Below, piece after piece: positions 19,061-28,103 of a DNA stretch of 64,000 nt; position 1 is the first letter of the stretch, and each line of letters starts with the position of its first letter. This DNA comes from Candidatus Rariloculaceae bacterium (lineage in GTDB: Bacteria > Pseudomonadota > Gammaproteobacteria > Steroidobacterales > Rariloculaceae). Made by a program: the position numbers and the translations under genes. The stretch lies in assembly GCA_965237785.1 (NCBI GenBank), contig OZ250159.1:455989-519988 (forward strand), given 5' to 3'. Under the pieces are notes generated by a model. That model did not search any database. It worked only from the letters and a program-made list of their open reading frames with translations, and was not told the DNA's origin.

Positions 19061-20992
19061 TCAATACGCCATGGCGTAACAATCCCGCCGCACGTCGGCG
19101 CCCGCGATGCGTGCGCCGTGGTTAGGATCGAGCAGGACGACGGTGCCGCACGATGGGATTCCAAGCGGCTGGAGTCGATTCACGGCGTGACCGCGTTCTT
19201 CCAGGGAGCGGATGACCTGTGGCGGCAGATCATTCTCGACGTTGAGTCGATTGAAACCCGTGTCGTGGGGCCAGAACGACGCGTAGTAGTGCAACGTCTG
19301 CACCCGCGGCGCCTGGATCGCCTGATGCAGATTGGGGTACCACTGGGACGGAAATTCGACGATGTTCAGGAACATCTGCAATATCGTCTGCTCCTGGCTG
19401 TCGCCGCCCGGTGTACCGATGGCGAGGAAAGGCTCGCCATCGCGCAGCACGATACTCGGTGTCAGGGTATAGCGGGGCCGCGAGCGGGGCCGCAGTTGCG
19501 CGGCGCGGGTCTCGTCGAGCCAGAACTGCTCGCCGCGAACGCTCATGCCGATACCGGTATCGCCGAGAATGACCGCGCCCCCGATCCAACCGCCGCTCGG
19601 CGTGCTGTCGAATATGTTCCCGTCCTTGTCGATGACGGCGATGTGGGTCGTATCCTTCATGGTCCCGTCGTCGTCCACCGCGGCCACCCGCAGTCGTTCC
19701 CCGGTCTCGCTTTCGGCGGCCATCCAGAATGGCCAGTCCTCGCGGTCGAGCGTCTCGTCGAATGGAAACGGATCGCCGGCCATAAAGGATTCCGAAGCCT
19801 GCCGCATGTCGATGAGTTGCGCGCGTTGCGCGGCGTACTCCTTGGACAGGAGTCCCTGGGCCGGGATGTCCACGAATTCGGGGTCGGCGTAATAGGTATC
19901 CCGGTCCGCGAACGCCAGTTTCAACGCTTCGACGATGGTGTGGAGGTAGTCGGCGCTGTTGTGCCCCATTCTTTGAAGATCGAAATTTTCGAGGATATTC
20001 AATGCTTGCAGAAGCGTTGGCCCCTGGCTGTTGAACGACTGCTTGTAGATCGTGTAACGCTTGTAGGTGGTGCTGAGCGGTTCCTCCACCCTGGCGTAAA
20101 ACTCCGCAAAGTCGTCGAGCGCAAACGGGGCGCCGTACGCCTGCAGGAACGCCACGATCTCCTCGGCGATGTCGCCCTTGTAGAAGCGGTCGCGTGCCGC
20201 GGCAACACCGGCTTCGCGCCCCTCGGCGCGGTGCTCGCGTTCGGCTTCCACCATCTTCTTCAGCGTATTGGCAAGGGTGGGAAGCTGGATGAGTTCGCCG
20301 GGCGTATACAGCGAGCCATCCGGGTGCGTCCAGTATTCGCGGTTGTCGGGCCATCGATTGATGAAGTCGAGTTCGCGGCGAATCGTATACACCGTTCGGG
20401 ATCGCAGGGGAAAGCCGGCCTCCGCGTAGTCGATGGCGCGAGCGGCGACTTCCTCGAAACTCATGGTGCCCCAGCGCTCGAGTACGGTGAGCGCGCCGTG
20501 CAATGCGCCGGGCACCACCGCGGGGTCCAGCCCGTAGCCGTACAAGGTCTTGGCGTGCTCGTTGTACCAGTCAATGGTCGCCTCGCGCGGCGCCCAGCCC
20601 TGGCCGACGATAGAGGTTACGCTTCCCTCGCTCCGGGGATACACCAGAATCAGCGCTTCGCCGCCGAGACTGAAAAGGTCCTGCTCGACCACGCCGCCCG
20701 TCAGCAGGGCAGCCACGCCCGCGTCGAATGCATTGCCGCCGTTTTGCAGGATTTCGATGGCGGCGGCCGTGGTCAGGGGATGGCCGGCGGACACGCCGCC
20801 GCTGCTGCCCATCACGGGGGGTCGCAGGAAGTTCGGAACCACGGTGACGACGTCCACCGGCGCCTCGGTGACGACATCCACCGGCGCTTCGGTATCGGCG
20901 GTTTGCGGCTCACAGGCACCGATCAGGCCCAGGGCGCCGGCGGCGAGTATCAATCGGCTGATGGATCGGCTCATATGCGGTCCTTGCGTCAT
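19061..20992 (-). CDS. ggt: gamma-glutamyltransferase family protein, probable lipoprotein
   Basis: 643 aa. Nucleophile region DTTHIAVIDKDGNIFDSTPSGGW. N-terminus ...LGLIGAC is a lipobox. The start overlaps the ALDH stop (ATGA at 20989-20992). Confidence 0.85.
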   Translation of the reverse strand: MTQGPHMSRSISRLILAAGALGLIGACEPQTADTEAPVDVVTEAPVDVVTVVPNFLRPPVMGSSGGVSAGHPLTTAAAIEILQNGGNAFDAGVAALLTGGVVEQDLFSLGGEALILVYPRSEGSVTSIVGQGWAPREATIDWYNEHAKTLYGYGLDPAVVPGALHGALTVLERWGTMSFEEVAARAIDYAEAGFPLRSRTVYTIRRELDFINRWPDNREYWTHPDGSLYTPGELIQLPTLANTLKKMVEAEREHRAEGREAGVAAARDRFYKGDIAEEIVAFLQAYGAPFALDDFAEFYARVEEPLSTTYKRYTIYKQSFNSQGPTLLQALNILENFDLQRMGHNSADYLHTIVEALKLAFADRDTYYADPEFVDIPAQGLLSKEYAAQRAQLIDMRQASESFMAGDPFPFDETLDREDWPFWMAAESETGERLRVAAVDDDGTMKDTTHIAVIDKDGNIFDSTPSGGWIGGAVILGDTGIGMSVRGEQFWLDETRAAQLRPRSRPRYTLTPSIVLRDGEPFLAIGTPGGDSQEQTILQMFLNIVEFPSQWYPNLHQAIQAPRVQTLHYYASFWPHDTGFNRLNVENDLPPQVIRSLEERGHAVNRLQPLGIPSCGTVVLLDPNHGARIAGADVRRDCYAMAY

Positions 20993-22548
20993 GCGTTTGA
21001 GGGAAAGAATTTTTCCAAGAGTGGTTGGTACCCCTGCACGGCAGTGCGCTGCAGGTAGAATGACAGTCCGCGCAGGCCGCCCAATTCCTCGCCGCCGCCG
21101 GCACGGCCCGGTCCGCCGTGAACCATCGCCGGGGACACCACGCCGGGACTCGGCGCGAACGCGGCAACCTTGTTCCCGCCCAGCGTGAGCCGGCCATGAA
21201 ACGGCGCAAGCGCCAGCAACATGGACCGCGCGAATCCCCGGTCATCGGTGTAGACGGATGAGACCAGCGCGCCGTTCCCGCGAGCGCAGAGATCGGCTGC
21301 ATCTTCCATCGACTCATAGGCCATGACCGTCACGGCGGGGCCGAACACCTCGCGGGCGTGTATGGCGTTGGCCGCGCCGGCGTCCTCGCACTTGAATACG
21401 TGCGGGGTGACGAAATAGCCGCGCCCGTTCTCAACGCCGGGCAGACCCCCGGGCGCGGAATCGCCTGTTACGCGGGTTGCCTCAGCGCCAATGGCGTCAA
21501 GGCCCGCGCGAACATCGTGCAACTGCGCCTCGTTGACAAGGGGCCCAATTCGCACAGATGCGTCGGCCGGATTGCCCACCGTGAGAAATCCGAGTTCATC
21601 TTCGAGCGCTTCGACGCAATCGTCGAGACGGCCCGGAGGGACGAGGACACGCCGGATGGCTGTGCACTTCTGGCCAGCCTTCTGGCGGATGTCGGTAGTG
21701 ACATCGCGGATCAGTTGTTGCCACGCCTCGGTTCCCGGGCGGACATCGGGGCCGAGTATGGCTGCATTGAGGCTGTCCGCCTCTACGTTGATGCGCATGG
21801 ATGACCTGACGTGCGCATCGAGGCTGCGCAGGCGCTGAGCCGTATCGCTTGAGCCGGTGAACGCGAGCACGTCCTGTGGCCCGAGATGCGCCAGGAGGTC
21901 GCCCGTGGAACCGGCAATGAACGACAGCGCACCGGCCGGCACGACCTGGGCACCCACGACCAACTCCATCATCCGGTAGGCCAACAGCGCCGTGCTGGTG
22001 GCGGGTTTGGAGATGACCGGCATGCCGGCGAGCAAGGCCACCGCGGCCTTTTCCATGAATCCCCACGCAGGAAAGTTGTAGGCGTTGATATGAACCGCGG
22101 CGCCCTGCAGCGGAGTCAGAATGTGCTTGCCTGCGTAGCGGGGGTTGCGCCCCAGGCGCTCGGAGTCGCCGTCCACAAGGAGCGTCCGCTCCCCGAGCGT
22201 CTTGCCGTAGGCCGAATAGGCCAGCAGGGTTCCGGTGGCGCCATCGACGTCGAACTTGGCATCGTTGCGGGTGTTGCCGCCATTGCGGATGGACAGTTCG
22301 AGCAGTTCTTCCCGGTGCGCGTATAGGACTTCATAGACGCCTCGCAGGCATGCGCCGCGTTCCCCAAACGTCAGTTCACGCAGCGCCGGGCCACCGACGT
22401 TCCGGGCATGATCCAGCGCCGCGGCGAAATCGATGCCGCCGGTGCCGGTTTCGGCCAGTCGTTCCTCCGTGGCGGGATTGAGCAATACGGCGGACTCGCC
22501 CCGGCCTTCCTGCCAGGCGCCGTTGACATAGCTCTTGAGCTTGATCAC
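20989..22548 (-). CDS. NAD(P)-dependent aldehyde dehydrogenase family (PaaZ-N/BoxD-like subgroup)
   Basis: 519 aa. N-terminus MIKLKSYVNGAWQEG...LLNPATEE, then ...AGQKCTAIRR (catalytic Cys region) and FTGS. The subgroup assignment is a judgement from the N-terminal pattern only. Confidence 0.8.
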   Translation of the reverse strand: MIKLKSYVNGAWQEGRGESAVLLNPATEERLAETGTGGIDFAAALDHARNVGGPALRELTFGERGACLRGVYEVLYAHREELLELSIRNGGNTRNDAKFDVDGATGTLLAYSAYGKTLGERTLLVDGDSERLGRNPRYAGKHILTPLQGAAVHINAYNFPAWGFMEKAAVALLAGMPVISKPATSTALLAYRMMELVVGAQVVPAGALSFIAGSTGDLLAHLGPQDVLAFTGSSDTAQRLRSLDAHVRSSMRINVEADSLNAAILGPDVRPGTEAWQQLIRDVTTDIRQKAGQKCTAIRRVLVPPGRLDDCVEALEDELGFLTVGNPADASVRIGPLVNEAQLHDVRAGLDAIGAEATRVTGDSAPGGLPGVENGRGYFVTPHVFKCEDAGAANAIHAREVFGPAVTVMAYESMEDAADLCARGNGALVSSVYTDDRGFARSMLLALAPFHGRLTLGGNKVAAFAPSPGVVSPAMVHGGPGRAGGGEELGGLRGLSFYLQRTAVQGYQPLLEKFFPSNA

Positions 22549-22690
22549 CCGGATAAGCCTCTGTAGTCGAGTCCGTATTCTACGTTGGCGGCGGGCTGGC
22601 GTCTGCCACCGCTGGATTTTCGGAAAATGTCCGTCTTCCTGAAGAAAACTTAACTGAGCGTCGCTGTCTCTTTTGGCAAAATATCACGGT

Positions 22691-24910
22691 ATGAGCGGTT
22701 CACATCAACTCGCGACGGCGCAACGGCGAATGAGTCGTCCGTGCCTGCCTGCCGCCGCCGCCCTGGCGACCGCGTTGTCGTTTGCGATCGCCACGCCTCT
22801 CAGCGCCCAACAGGCCACTGTCTCGGCGTCAGGTGGCGCCAAGGTGCTGGCGGTAGCGCGCACCGACGCACCCCCGGCGATCGACGGCGTGCTGGACGAT
22901 GCCGTTTGGGCGAACGCGCCGTCCATGGACGACATGCACCAATATGCCCCAATCGACCAAGCCGATCCATCCGAGCGCACCGAAGTCTATATCCTCTACG
23001 ACAGCGACAACCTCTATGTCGGCGCGCGGATGTGGGATAGCGATCCCGAGCAGATCACCGCCCGGCAAATGGTTCAGGGCGGTACGCTGCGGTGGGACGA
23101 TTCGATCGGGATTTATCTCGATCCCTTCAACAACAATCGCAGCGGATACAGCTTTCAGGTCAATCCCAACAGCAGCCGCGAGGACGGCATGTTCGAAACG
23201 CCCACGCGCCTGAACCGGGATTGGAATGGCGTGTGGTTCGCGGAGGCTGCCATCGATGAACATGGCTGGACGGCCGAGATCGCCATTCCATTCAAGACCT
23301 TGAACTTCAATCCGGACAACCCGGATTGGGGATTTACGGTAGAGCGCACCATCGCTCGCCGCCAGGAAGAAATTGCCTGGGTATCGTTCAACCGCCAGGT
23401 CAATCCCGGCACCACGGGAACGATTACCGGCCTGACCGGGCTCCGGCAGGGCAGGGGACTCGATGTAGTGCCCTCTTTGGTGACATCCGGTGTCAAAAAC
23501 TTCGCCACGAGCGTGAGCGATTCGTCCACGGAGCCGGCGCTGGACATTTTCTACAACCTCACCCCGTCTCTGAGCGGTGTGCTGACCTTGAATACCGATT
23601 TTTCCGCCACCGAAGTGGACGATCGGCAGATCAATCTGACCCGCTTTTCGCAGTTCTTTCCGGAGAAGCGGGACTTCTTTCTGCAAGACGTGGACATTTT
23701 CGCCTTCGGCGGCTTGCGGCGGAACGGCATCCCGTTCTTTTCGCGCCGGATCGGCTTGAGCCTACGAGGTCAGCCAGTGGACCTGGGCGTGGGCGCAAAG
23801 CTGACCGGGCGTATCGGCCGGTGGAATGTCGGCGTATTGGATATCCAGCAGGATGAATTCCAGGGAGTCGACAGTACCAATCTGTTTGTCGGTCGCGTTG
23901 CGGCCAACGTCCTGGAGGAGTCCAGCGTCGGCATGATCGTTACCAACGGCGACCCCCGAGCCAATCTCGATAACTCCCTGTTGGGCGTGGACTTCCGGTA
24001 TCGCAATACGCGTCTTCCGGGTGGCCGGACCCTGGAAGGAGAAGCCTGGTACCAACAGTCCGACACCGAAGGCGTCACGGGCGATGAGAGCGCCTGGGGT
24101 GTCCGGTTGTCGACGCCGAACAACACGGGCCTGCGCGGCGAAGTGGGCCTGGAGCATTTCGATGAGGATTTCAACCCTGCTTTGGGGTTCGTAAACCGCC
24201 ACGGGATCGAGCGCACCGAGGTCGGAGTCGGTTACACGAGCAGACCCGTCCATCCGTGGATCAGGGCTGTATCCCATGGTGTTTTTTATGAGGGCTACGA
24301 AAAAATTTCCGGCGGGCTGGAGAGCGAACGCCTGTTCGCCGAGTTGATCGAGCTGGAGACCAATTCCGGCGATGACTTCAGCATCAATCTGAATTATCGG
24401 CGTGAGGTGCTGTTCGAAGAATTCGAAGTGGTGGACGGTAACGTTATTCCAGCAGGCGAATATGAATACGGTGGATTTAGTTTCGAGGTTTCGGGAGCCT
24501 CGGAACGGGTCTTCGCGCCGGGATTCGAGTATTTTCGTGGGAAATTTTTTAACGGCGACCGGGTGGAAATGTCCGCGGAACTGGACTGGCGTCCGAATCG
24601 GCGGCTGTCGATGGGCTTCGAGTACGAATACAACGACATCGAATTGCCGGGCGGCCAATTCATCACGCGGTTGATCGCCGTCAACGCCGATGTGGCCTTC
24701 AACGTCCGCTGGTCATGGCTCAACCTGATGCAGTATGACAACGAGTCGGAATCTCTCGGTATCAATAGCCGCCTGCGGTGGAATCCCCGCGCCGGGCAGG
24801 ATCTGTTCATTGTCGTCAATCACGGCTATTCAGCCGAGGGCGTGTTCTCCGGGCTGAGTTCCGAGCAGTCCCAGATCGCCGTGAAATATACTCATACGTT
24901 TCGTTTTTAA
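22691..24910 (+). CDS. CBM9/DOMON-like plus DUF5916-like beta-rich secreted or outer-membrane protein
   Basis: Signal-like MSRPCLPAAAALATALSFAIATPLSAQQ, then DGVLDDAVWANAP...YILYDSDNLYVGARMWD (CBM9-like), a long beta-strand-rich C-terminus and a terminal F. Start ambiguous among 22673, 22691 and 22730. Confidence 0.7.
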   Translation: MSGSHQLATAQRRMSRPCLPAAAALATALSFAIATPLSAQQATVSASGGAKVLAVARTDAPPAIDGVLDDAVWANAPSMDDMHQYAPIDQADPSERTEVYILYDSDNLYVGARMWDSDPEQITARQMVQGGTLRWDDSIGIYLDPFNNNRSGYSFQVNPNSSREDGMFETPTRLNRDWNGVWFAEAAIDEHGWTAEIAIPFKTLNFNPDNPDWGFTVERTIARRQEEIAWVSFNRQVNPGTTGTITGLTGLRQGRGLDVVPSLVTSGVKNFATSVSDSSTEPALDIFYNLTPSLSGVLTLNTDFSATEVDDRQINLTRFSQFFPEKRDFFLQDVDIFAFGGLRRNGIPFFSRRIGLSLRGQPVDLGVGAKLTGRIGRWNVGVLDIQQDEFQGVDSTNLFVGRVAANVLEESSVGMIVTNGDPRANLDNSLLGVDFRYRNTRLPGGRTLEGEAWYQQSDTEGVTGDESAWGVRLSTPNNTGLRGEVGLEHFDEDFNPALGFVNRHGIERTEVGVGYTSRPVHPWIRAVSHGVFYEGYEKISGGLESERLFAELIELETNSGDDFSINLNYRREVLFEEFEVVDGNVIPAGEYEYGGFSFEVSGASERVFAPGFEYFRGKFFNGDRVEMSAELDWRPNRRLSMGFEYEYNDIELPGGQFITRLIAVNADVAFNVRWSWLNLMQYDNESESLGINSRLRWNPRAGQDLFIVVNHGYSAEGVFSGLSSEQSQIAVKYTHTFRF

Positions 24911-24960
24911 GCCTCGCGGCGTCAAGCCGCATTCAGACAACGCGAGAAGGTGCCATCAGT

Positions 24961-25083
24961 ATGAATCGATGTACGGCGCTGGTCGTGGTCGTGCGTACCG
25001 GTCGAGATGGTCGCACGCGGTTGATTTCCGCCCGTCCGGCGTCCCGTAAGGAAAGGCTGGCTTATCATGAACGAATACGATAG
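24961..25083 (+). pseudogene. brnT remnant (C-terminal ~40 codons only)
   Basis: ALVVVVRTGRDGRTRLISARPASRKERLAYHE aligns with IVAVVYAYRNDDVRLISARPATRKEKKAYAQ of the intact brnT at 3943..4215. The N-terminal two thirds are absent. Confidence 0.7.
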
Positions 25084-25230
25084 ACCTCTTACACCCGCGG
25101 AGATCGCGGCCACGAAGGACGAGCGCATCGGCTTCAGCGATATACCCGAATTAGATGAGGCATTCTGGCGGCAGGCGAAACTTGTCGAACCTGCCGTACT
25201 TGGGCGCAAGCGAAAACAAGTCCGGTTCCA
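25067..25230 (+). pseudogene. brnA-like antitoxin remnant (N-terminal part only)
   Basis: MNEYDRPLTPAEIAATKDERIGFSDIPELDEAFWRQAKLVEP is a BrnA-type N-terminus that overlaps the brnT remnant as in intact modules. The RHH C-terminus is missing, and the frame continues into unrelated antisense sequence. Confidence 0.55.
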
Positions 25231-25760
25231 GGGTCCGCGGCGCTGCAGTAAACAGAACTTCATCGTAGTAAACGCGGTTCATCCCGTGGGTAACGATTAT
25301 GGACCCGCGGGCGGCGTATGTGCGAACCCCACCCAAGTGATCGAAATGATGATGTGTGTTGACGAGGTATCGAATTGGCTTATTGGAAGTCAGCCGATCG
25401 ACTTCCGCAATCACCGCCAGCGAACGAGCCTCGTTTACCGGCGCTTCGATTACCGTGACAAAATCGCCGAACTCGACAGCTACGCTGTTGTGCGACCCTC
25501 CGCCCAGAAACTACACTCCGTCTGCTATCTCGCGAGACTCTACCCGAACTGGCGGAACCTTCGCCTGTCGCACAACTTCGGGAACCGGTAACGCAGCAAC
25601 CGCAACATTCGGTCTAACGTCGTTCACCGTAAGCAGCATAATATTGTGGGCCGCAGTGACTCGGGCATCTCCGAAATGTTGGTCCATGTCGATTGGAAAT
25701 CCGATTTCCCCAAAATCCTTGTAACCACCACGGTAAAAAACTTCATATAGCATGTCCCCC
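25151..25760 (-). pseudogene. metallo-beta-lactamase-fold hydrolase pseudogene (in-frame TAG, truncated 3' end; 5' extent uncertain)
   Basis: Same-frame translation reads ...ESREIADGV*FLGGGSHNSVAVEFGDFVTVIEAPVNEARSLAVIAEVDRLTSNKPIRYLVNTHHHFDHLGG (HxHxDH motif). The TAG is at 25511-25513. Only ~55 codons follow the motif, and the 5' boundary is approximate. Confidence 0.6.
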
Positions 25761-25840
25761 AGAACCGGGCGAAAGCCGCCGTTGCTCGCCCTGGATAGGA
25801 AAACCGGGACCGCCGCCGAGGGGTCGCCAGTTAAGTCCAG

Positions 25841-26638
25841 TTGCGAATGAGCAAGCACATCCTGCCCGGCTTGGGCGACCTGCTGGTTTCGGAAGTGGAG
25901 CGCAAGCACATCCTGAAGTTCCAGTACGGGCTGAGGGAGATGCCGACCGTCGCGAACCGCACGGTCGACATGCTGGTGAAGATGTTCAACCTGGCCGAAC
26001 TGTGGGAGATGCGTCCTGCGGGACGAAACCCCTGCAAGTCGGTGCGCCGCTACAAGGTGCAACGGCACAAGGAGCGGTTCCTGACGTCGGAGGAACTGGC
26101 GCGGCTCGGGCGTGTACTGGACGTCGCCCCGGCGAAGCGGCTGGCGTCGCGGCATTCGGCGGCGGCGATCCGGCTCCTGATCCTGACCGGGTGCCGGAGA
26201 AACGAGATCATGGGACTGGCCTGGGACGATCTCGACTTCGAGGCGGGCGAGATGCGATTGAGGGACAGCAAGACCGGGGCGCGGATCGTGCCGCTGCCGC
26301 CCGCGGCCGCGGAGGTACTGGCGGACCTCCCGAACGTCGCGGGCAACCCGTGGGTGTTTCCCGGCAGGAAGAAGGGAACCCATCAGGTGAACATCAACGA
26401 TTCCTGGGATCGCATTCGCCGGCGCGCCGGTCTCGATGGCGTGCGGCTGCACGATCTGCGCCACACCTTCGCGTCGAGGGCACTCGCGCTCGGGGAGGGC
26501 TTGGCGATGATTGGCGAACTGCTCGGTCATACGCAGGTCAACACCACGGCCCGCTACGCGCACCTGGCCCGGGAATCCATCCAGGCCTCCACCGCGAAGG
26601 TCGCCGACAGCATTGGCGCGGACATCCTTGCGGAGTAG
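25841..26638 (+). CDS. tyrosine recombinase/integrase, 5'-truncated copy (lacks N-terminal arm-binding domain)
   Basis: Aligns with the downstream integrase from its residue ~125 onward (HILPGLGDLLVSEV... vs RHILDRHLLPALGNLRLGEL...). Catalytic region HDLRHTFASRAL...LGHTQVNTTARYAHL is present. TTG/ATG start with an in-frame TAA just upstream. Confidence 0.8.
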   Translation: MRMSKHILPGLGDLLVSEVERKHILKFQYGLREMPTVANRTVDMLVKMFNLAELWEMRPAGRNPCKSVRRYKVQRHKERFLTSEELARLGRVLDVAPAKRLASRHSAAAIRLLILTGCRRNEIMGLAWDDLDFEAGEMRLRDSKTGARIVPLPPAAAEVLADLPNVAGNPWVFPGRKKGTHQVNINDSWDRIRRRAGLDGVRLHDLRHTFASRALALGEGLAMIGELLGHTQVNTTARYAHLARESIQASTAKVADSIGADILAE

Positions 26639-26642
26639 TGGC

Positions 26643-27842
26643 ATGGCGAAGCTCGACCGGCAAACGATTTCCAGGCGGACCGTCGAGTCGCTCCCGGTGG
26701 GCGGCCGCGAAGCGGTGTACTGGGACACGGAGCTTTCGGGCTTCGGGGTCCGGGTGTACCCGTCGGGATCGAAGGTCTTCCTGGTGCAGACGCGCGCGGG
26801 GGGCAAGTCGCGGCGGATGACCGTCGGACGGCACGGCCTGATCTCGGCGGAGCGGGCGCGGCGCAAGGCGGCAAAGCTCATCGCGGATATCAAGGCCGGA
26901 AACGAGCCCGATGCGGTCAACGGCGCCTCCCGGCGCGACGCCGGCCCCACGGTGGCCGAGGTGGCGGAGCGGTACATGACGGAGCACGTTGCGGTGCGCT
27001 GCAAGCCCGCCACAATGCGGCATTGCCGGCACATTCTGGACCGCCATCTGCTACCGGCGCTGGGCAACCTGCGCCTCGGGGAACTCGGGCGCGAGCGCGT
27101 CGCGGCCCTGCAATACGCTCTCCACGAGACGCCGGCGATGGCGAACAAGGCGGTGGACATGCTTTCTCGCCTGTTCCACATGGCCGAGCTCTGGGGCGTC
27201 GCGCCGGAGGGCGGCAATCCCTGCCGTTTCGTACGCAAGTACAAGGAACGCCCGCGCGAACGATTTCTGTCGGACGGAGAGTTCCAACGCCTCGGACGCG
27301 TACTGTGCGAGGTTCAATCCGAAGGCAAGGTCTATCCGAGCGCGGTGGCGGCGTTCCGTCTGCTGATGCTCACCGGTTGCCGGAGAAACGAGATCCTGAC
27401 GCTGCGCTGGGAGGATGTGGACCTCGGGGCCGGAGAGCTTCGATTGCGCGACGCCAAGACGGGTGCGCGATCCGTCGCCCTATCGCCTTCGGCGCGGAGC
27501 GTGCTGGAAGGTCTGCCGCGCCAACAGGACAATCCCTGGGTAATGCCCGGCGCGAAGCCGGGCCAACACTACAGCAATCTCAACAACGCCTGGGCGGTCG
27601 TGCGGTCCCGCGCCGGCCTGGACGATGTGCGCATTCACGATCTGAGGCACAGCTTCGCGTCTCGTGCGTTGGCTCTGGGCGAGAGCCTGCCGATGATCGG
27701 CAAGCTGCTCGGCCACCGGAAGGTGCAGACCACGGCGCGCTACGCGCACCTGGCGCGGGATTCCGTGAAGGTGGCCGCCGCGCGCGTCGCCGAAAGCCTG
27801 CGGGCGGATCTGGCGGGCGAGCCTGCCGCGACGGGACCGTGA
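26643..27842 (+). CDS. P4-like tyrosine integrase (DUF4102 N-terminal domain plus phage-integrase catalytic domain)
   Basis: ATG 26643. N-terminus LPVGGREAVYWDTELSGFGVRVYPSGSKVFLVQTRAGGKSRRMTVG (DUF4102-type). Catalytic R...HDLRHSFASRAL...LGHRKVQTTARYAHL. Confidence 0.9.
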   Translation: MAKLDRQTISRRTVESLPVGGREAVYWDTELSGFGVRVYPSGSKVFLVQTRAGGKSRRMTVGRHGLISAERARRKAAKLIADIKAGNEPDAVNGASRRDAGPTVAEVAERYMTEHVAVRCKPATMRHCRHILDRHLLPALGNLRLGELGRERVAALQYALHETPAMANKAVDMLSRLFHMAELWGVAPEGGNPCRFVRKYKERPRERFLSDGEFQRLGRVLCEVQSEGKVYPSAVAAFRLLMLTGCRRNEILTLRWEDVDLGAGELRLRDAKTGARSVALSPSARSVLEGLPRQQDNPWVMPGAKPGQHYSNLNNAWAVVRSRAGLDDVRIHDLRHSFASRALALGESLPMIGKLLGHRKVQTTARYAHLARDSVKVAAARVAESLRADLAGEPAATGP

Positions 27843-28103
27843 CGCGGCCCGCCCCGGAAACTCGTTCAGCATACTGACAGGCCAATGATAATGAAGTGAC
27901 AGCCGCCGGAAGGAGTCGATCCCGGTTTGCCTAACTCTTGTCATCTAGAAAAACTCAGGAGCACACGCCATACACGGCTCGGCGAGCTCGGGTCCCTCGG
28001 CCACCGGCGCGCCGCGTGTCGTGTTGTAGGCGAAGCGCGTGCGATGTACGCTGCAAGAACCGCCACGAATGAACTTGAGGTCGGATCCTTGCCGTTCCCC
28101 GCC

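Noticed and set aside
18959-21058. Very long antisense ORFs (for example 18959..21058+, 28376..30490+, 31079..33160+, 39189..41864+, 51698..53728+, 25511..27244-, 10862..12778-)
   Set aside because: They are Arg/Gly/Pro/Ala-rich with no motifs, and they lie exactly opposite ORFs with strong family signatures. These are typical shadow ORFs of high-GC DNA. Only the 3' end of 25511..27244 is real coding sequence (the MBL pseudogene).
27900-27935. A possible tRNA 3' fragment or att site downstream of the integrase (…ggaaggagtcgatcccggtttgcc…)
   Set aside because: It does not form a proper T-arm (5-bp stem with a 7-nt TTCRANY loop) plus acceptor stem. I found no matching direct repeat elsewhere in the window.
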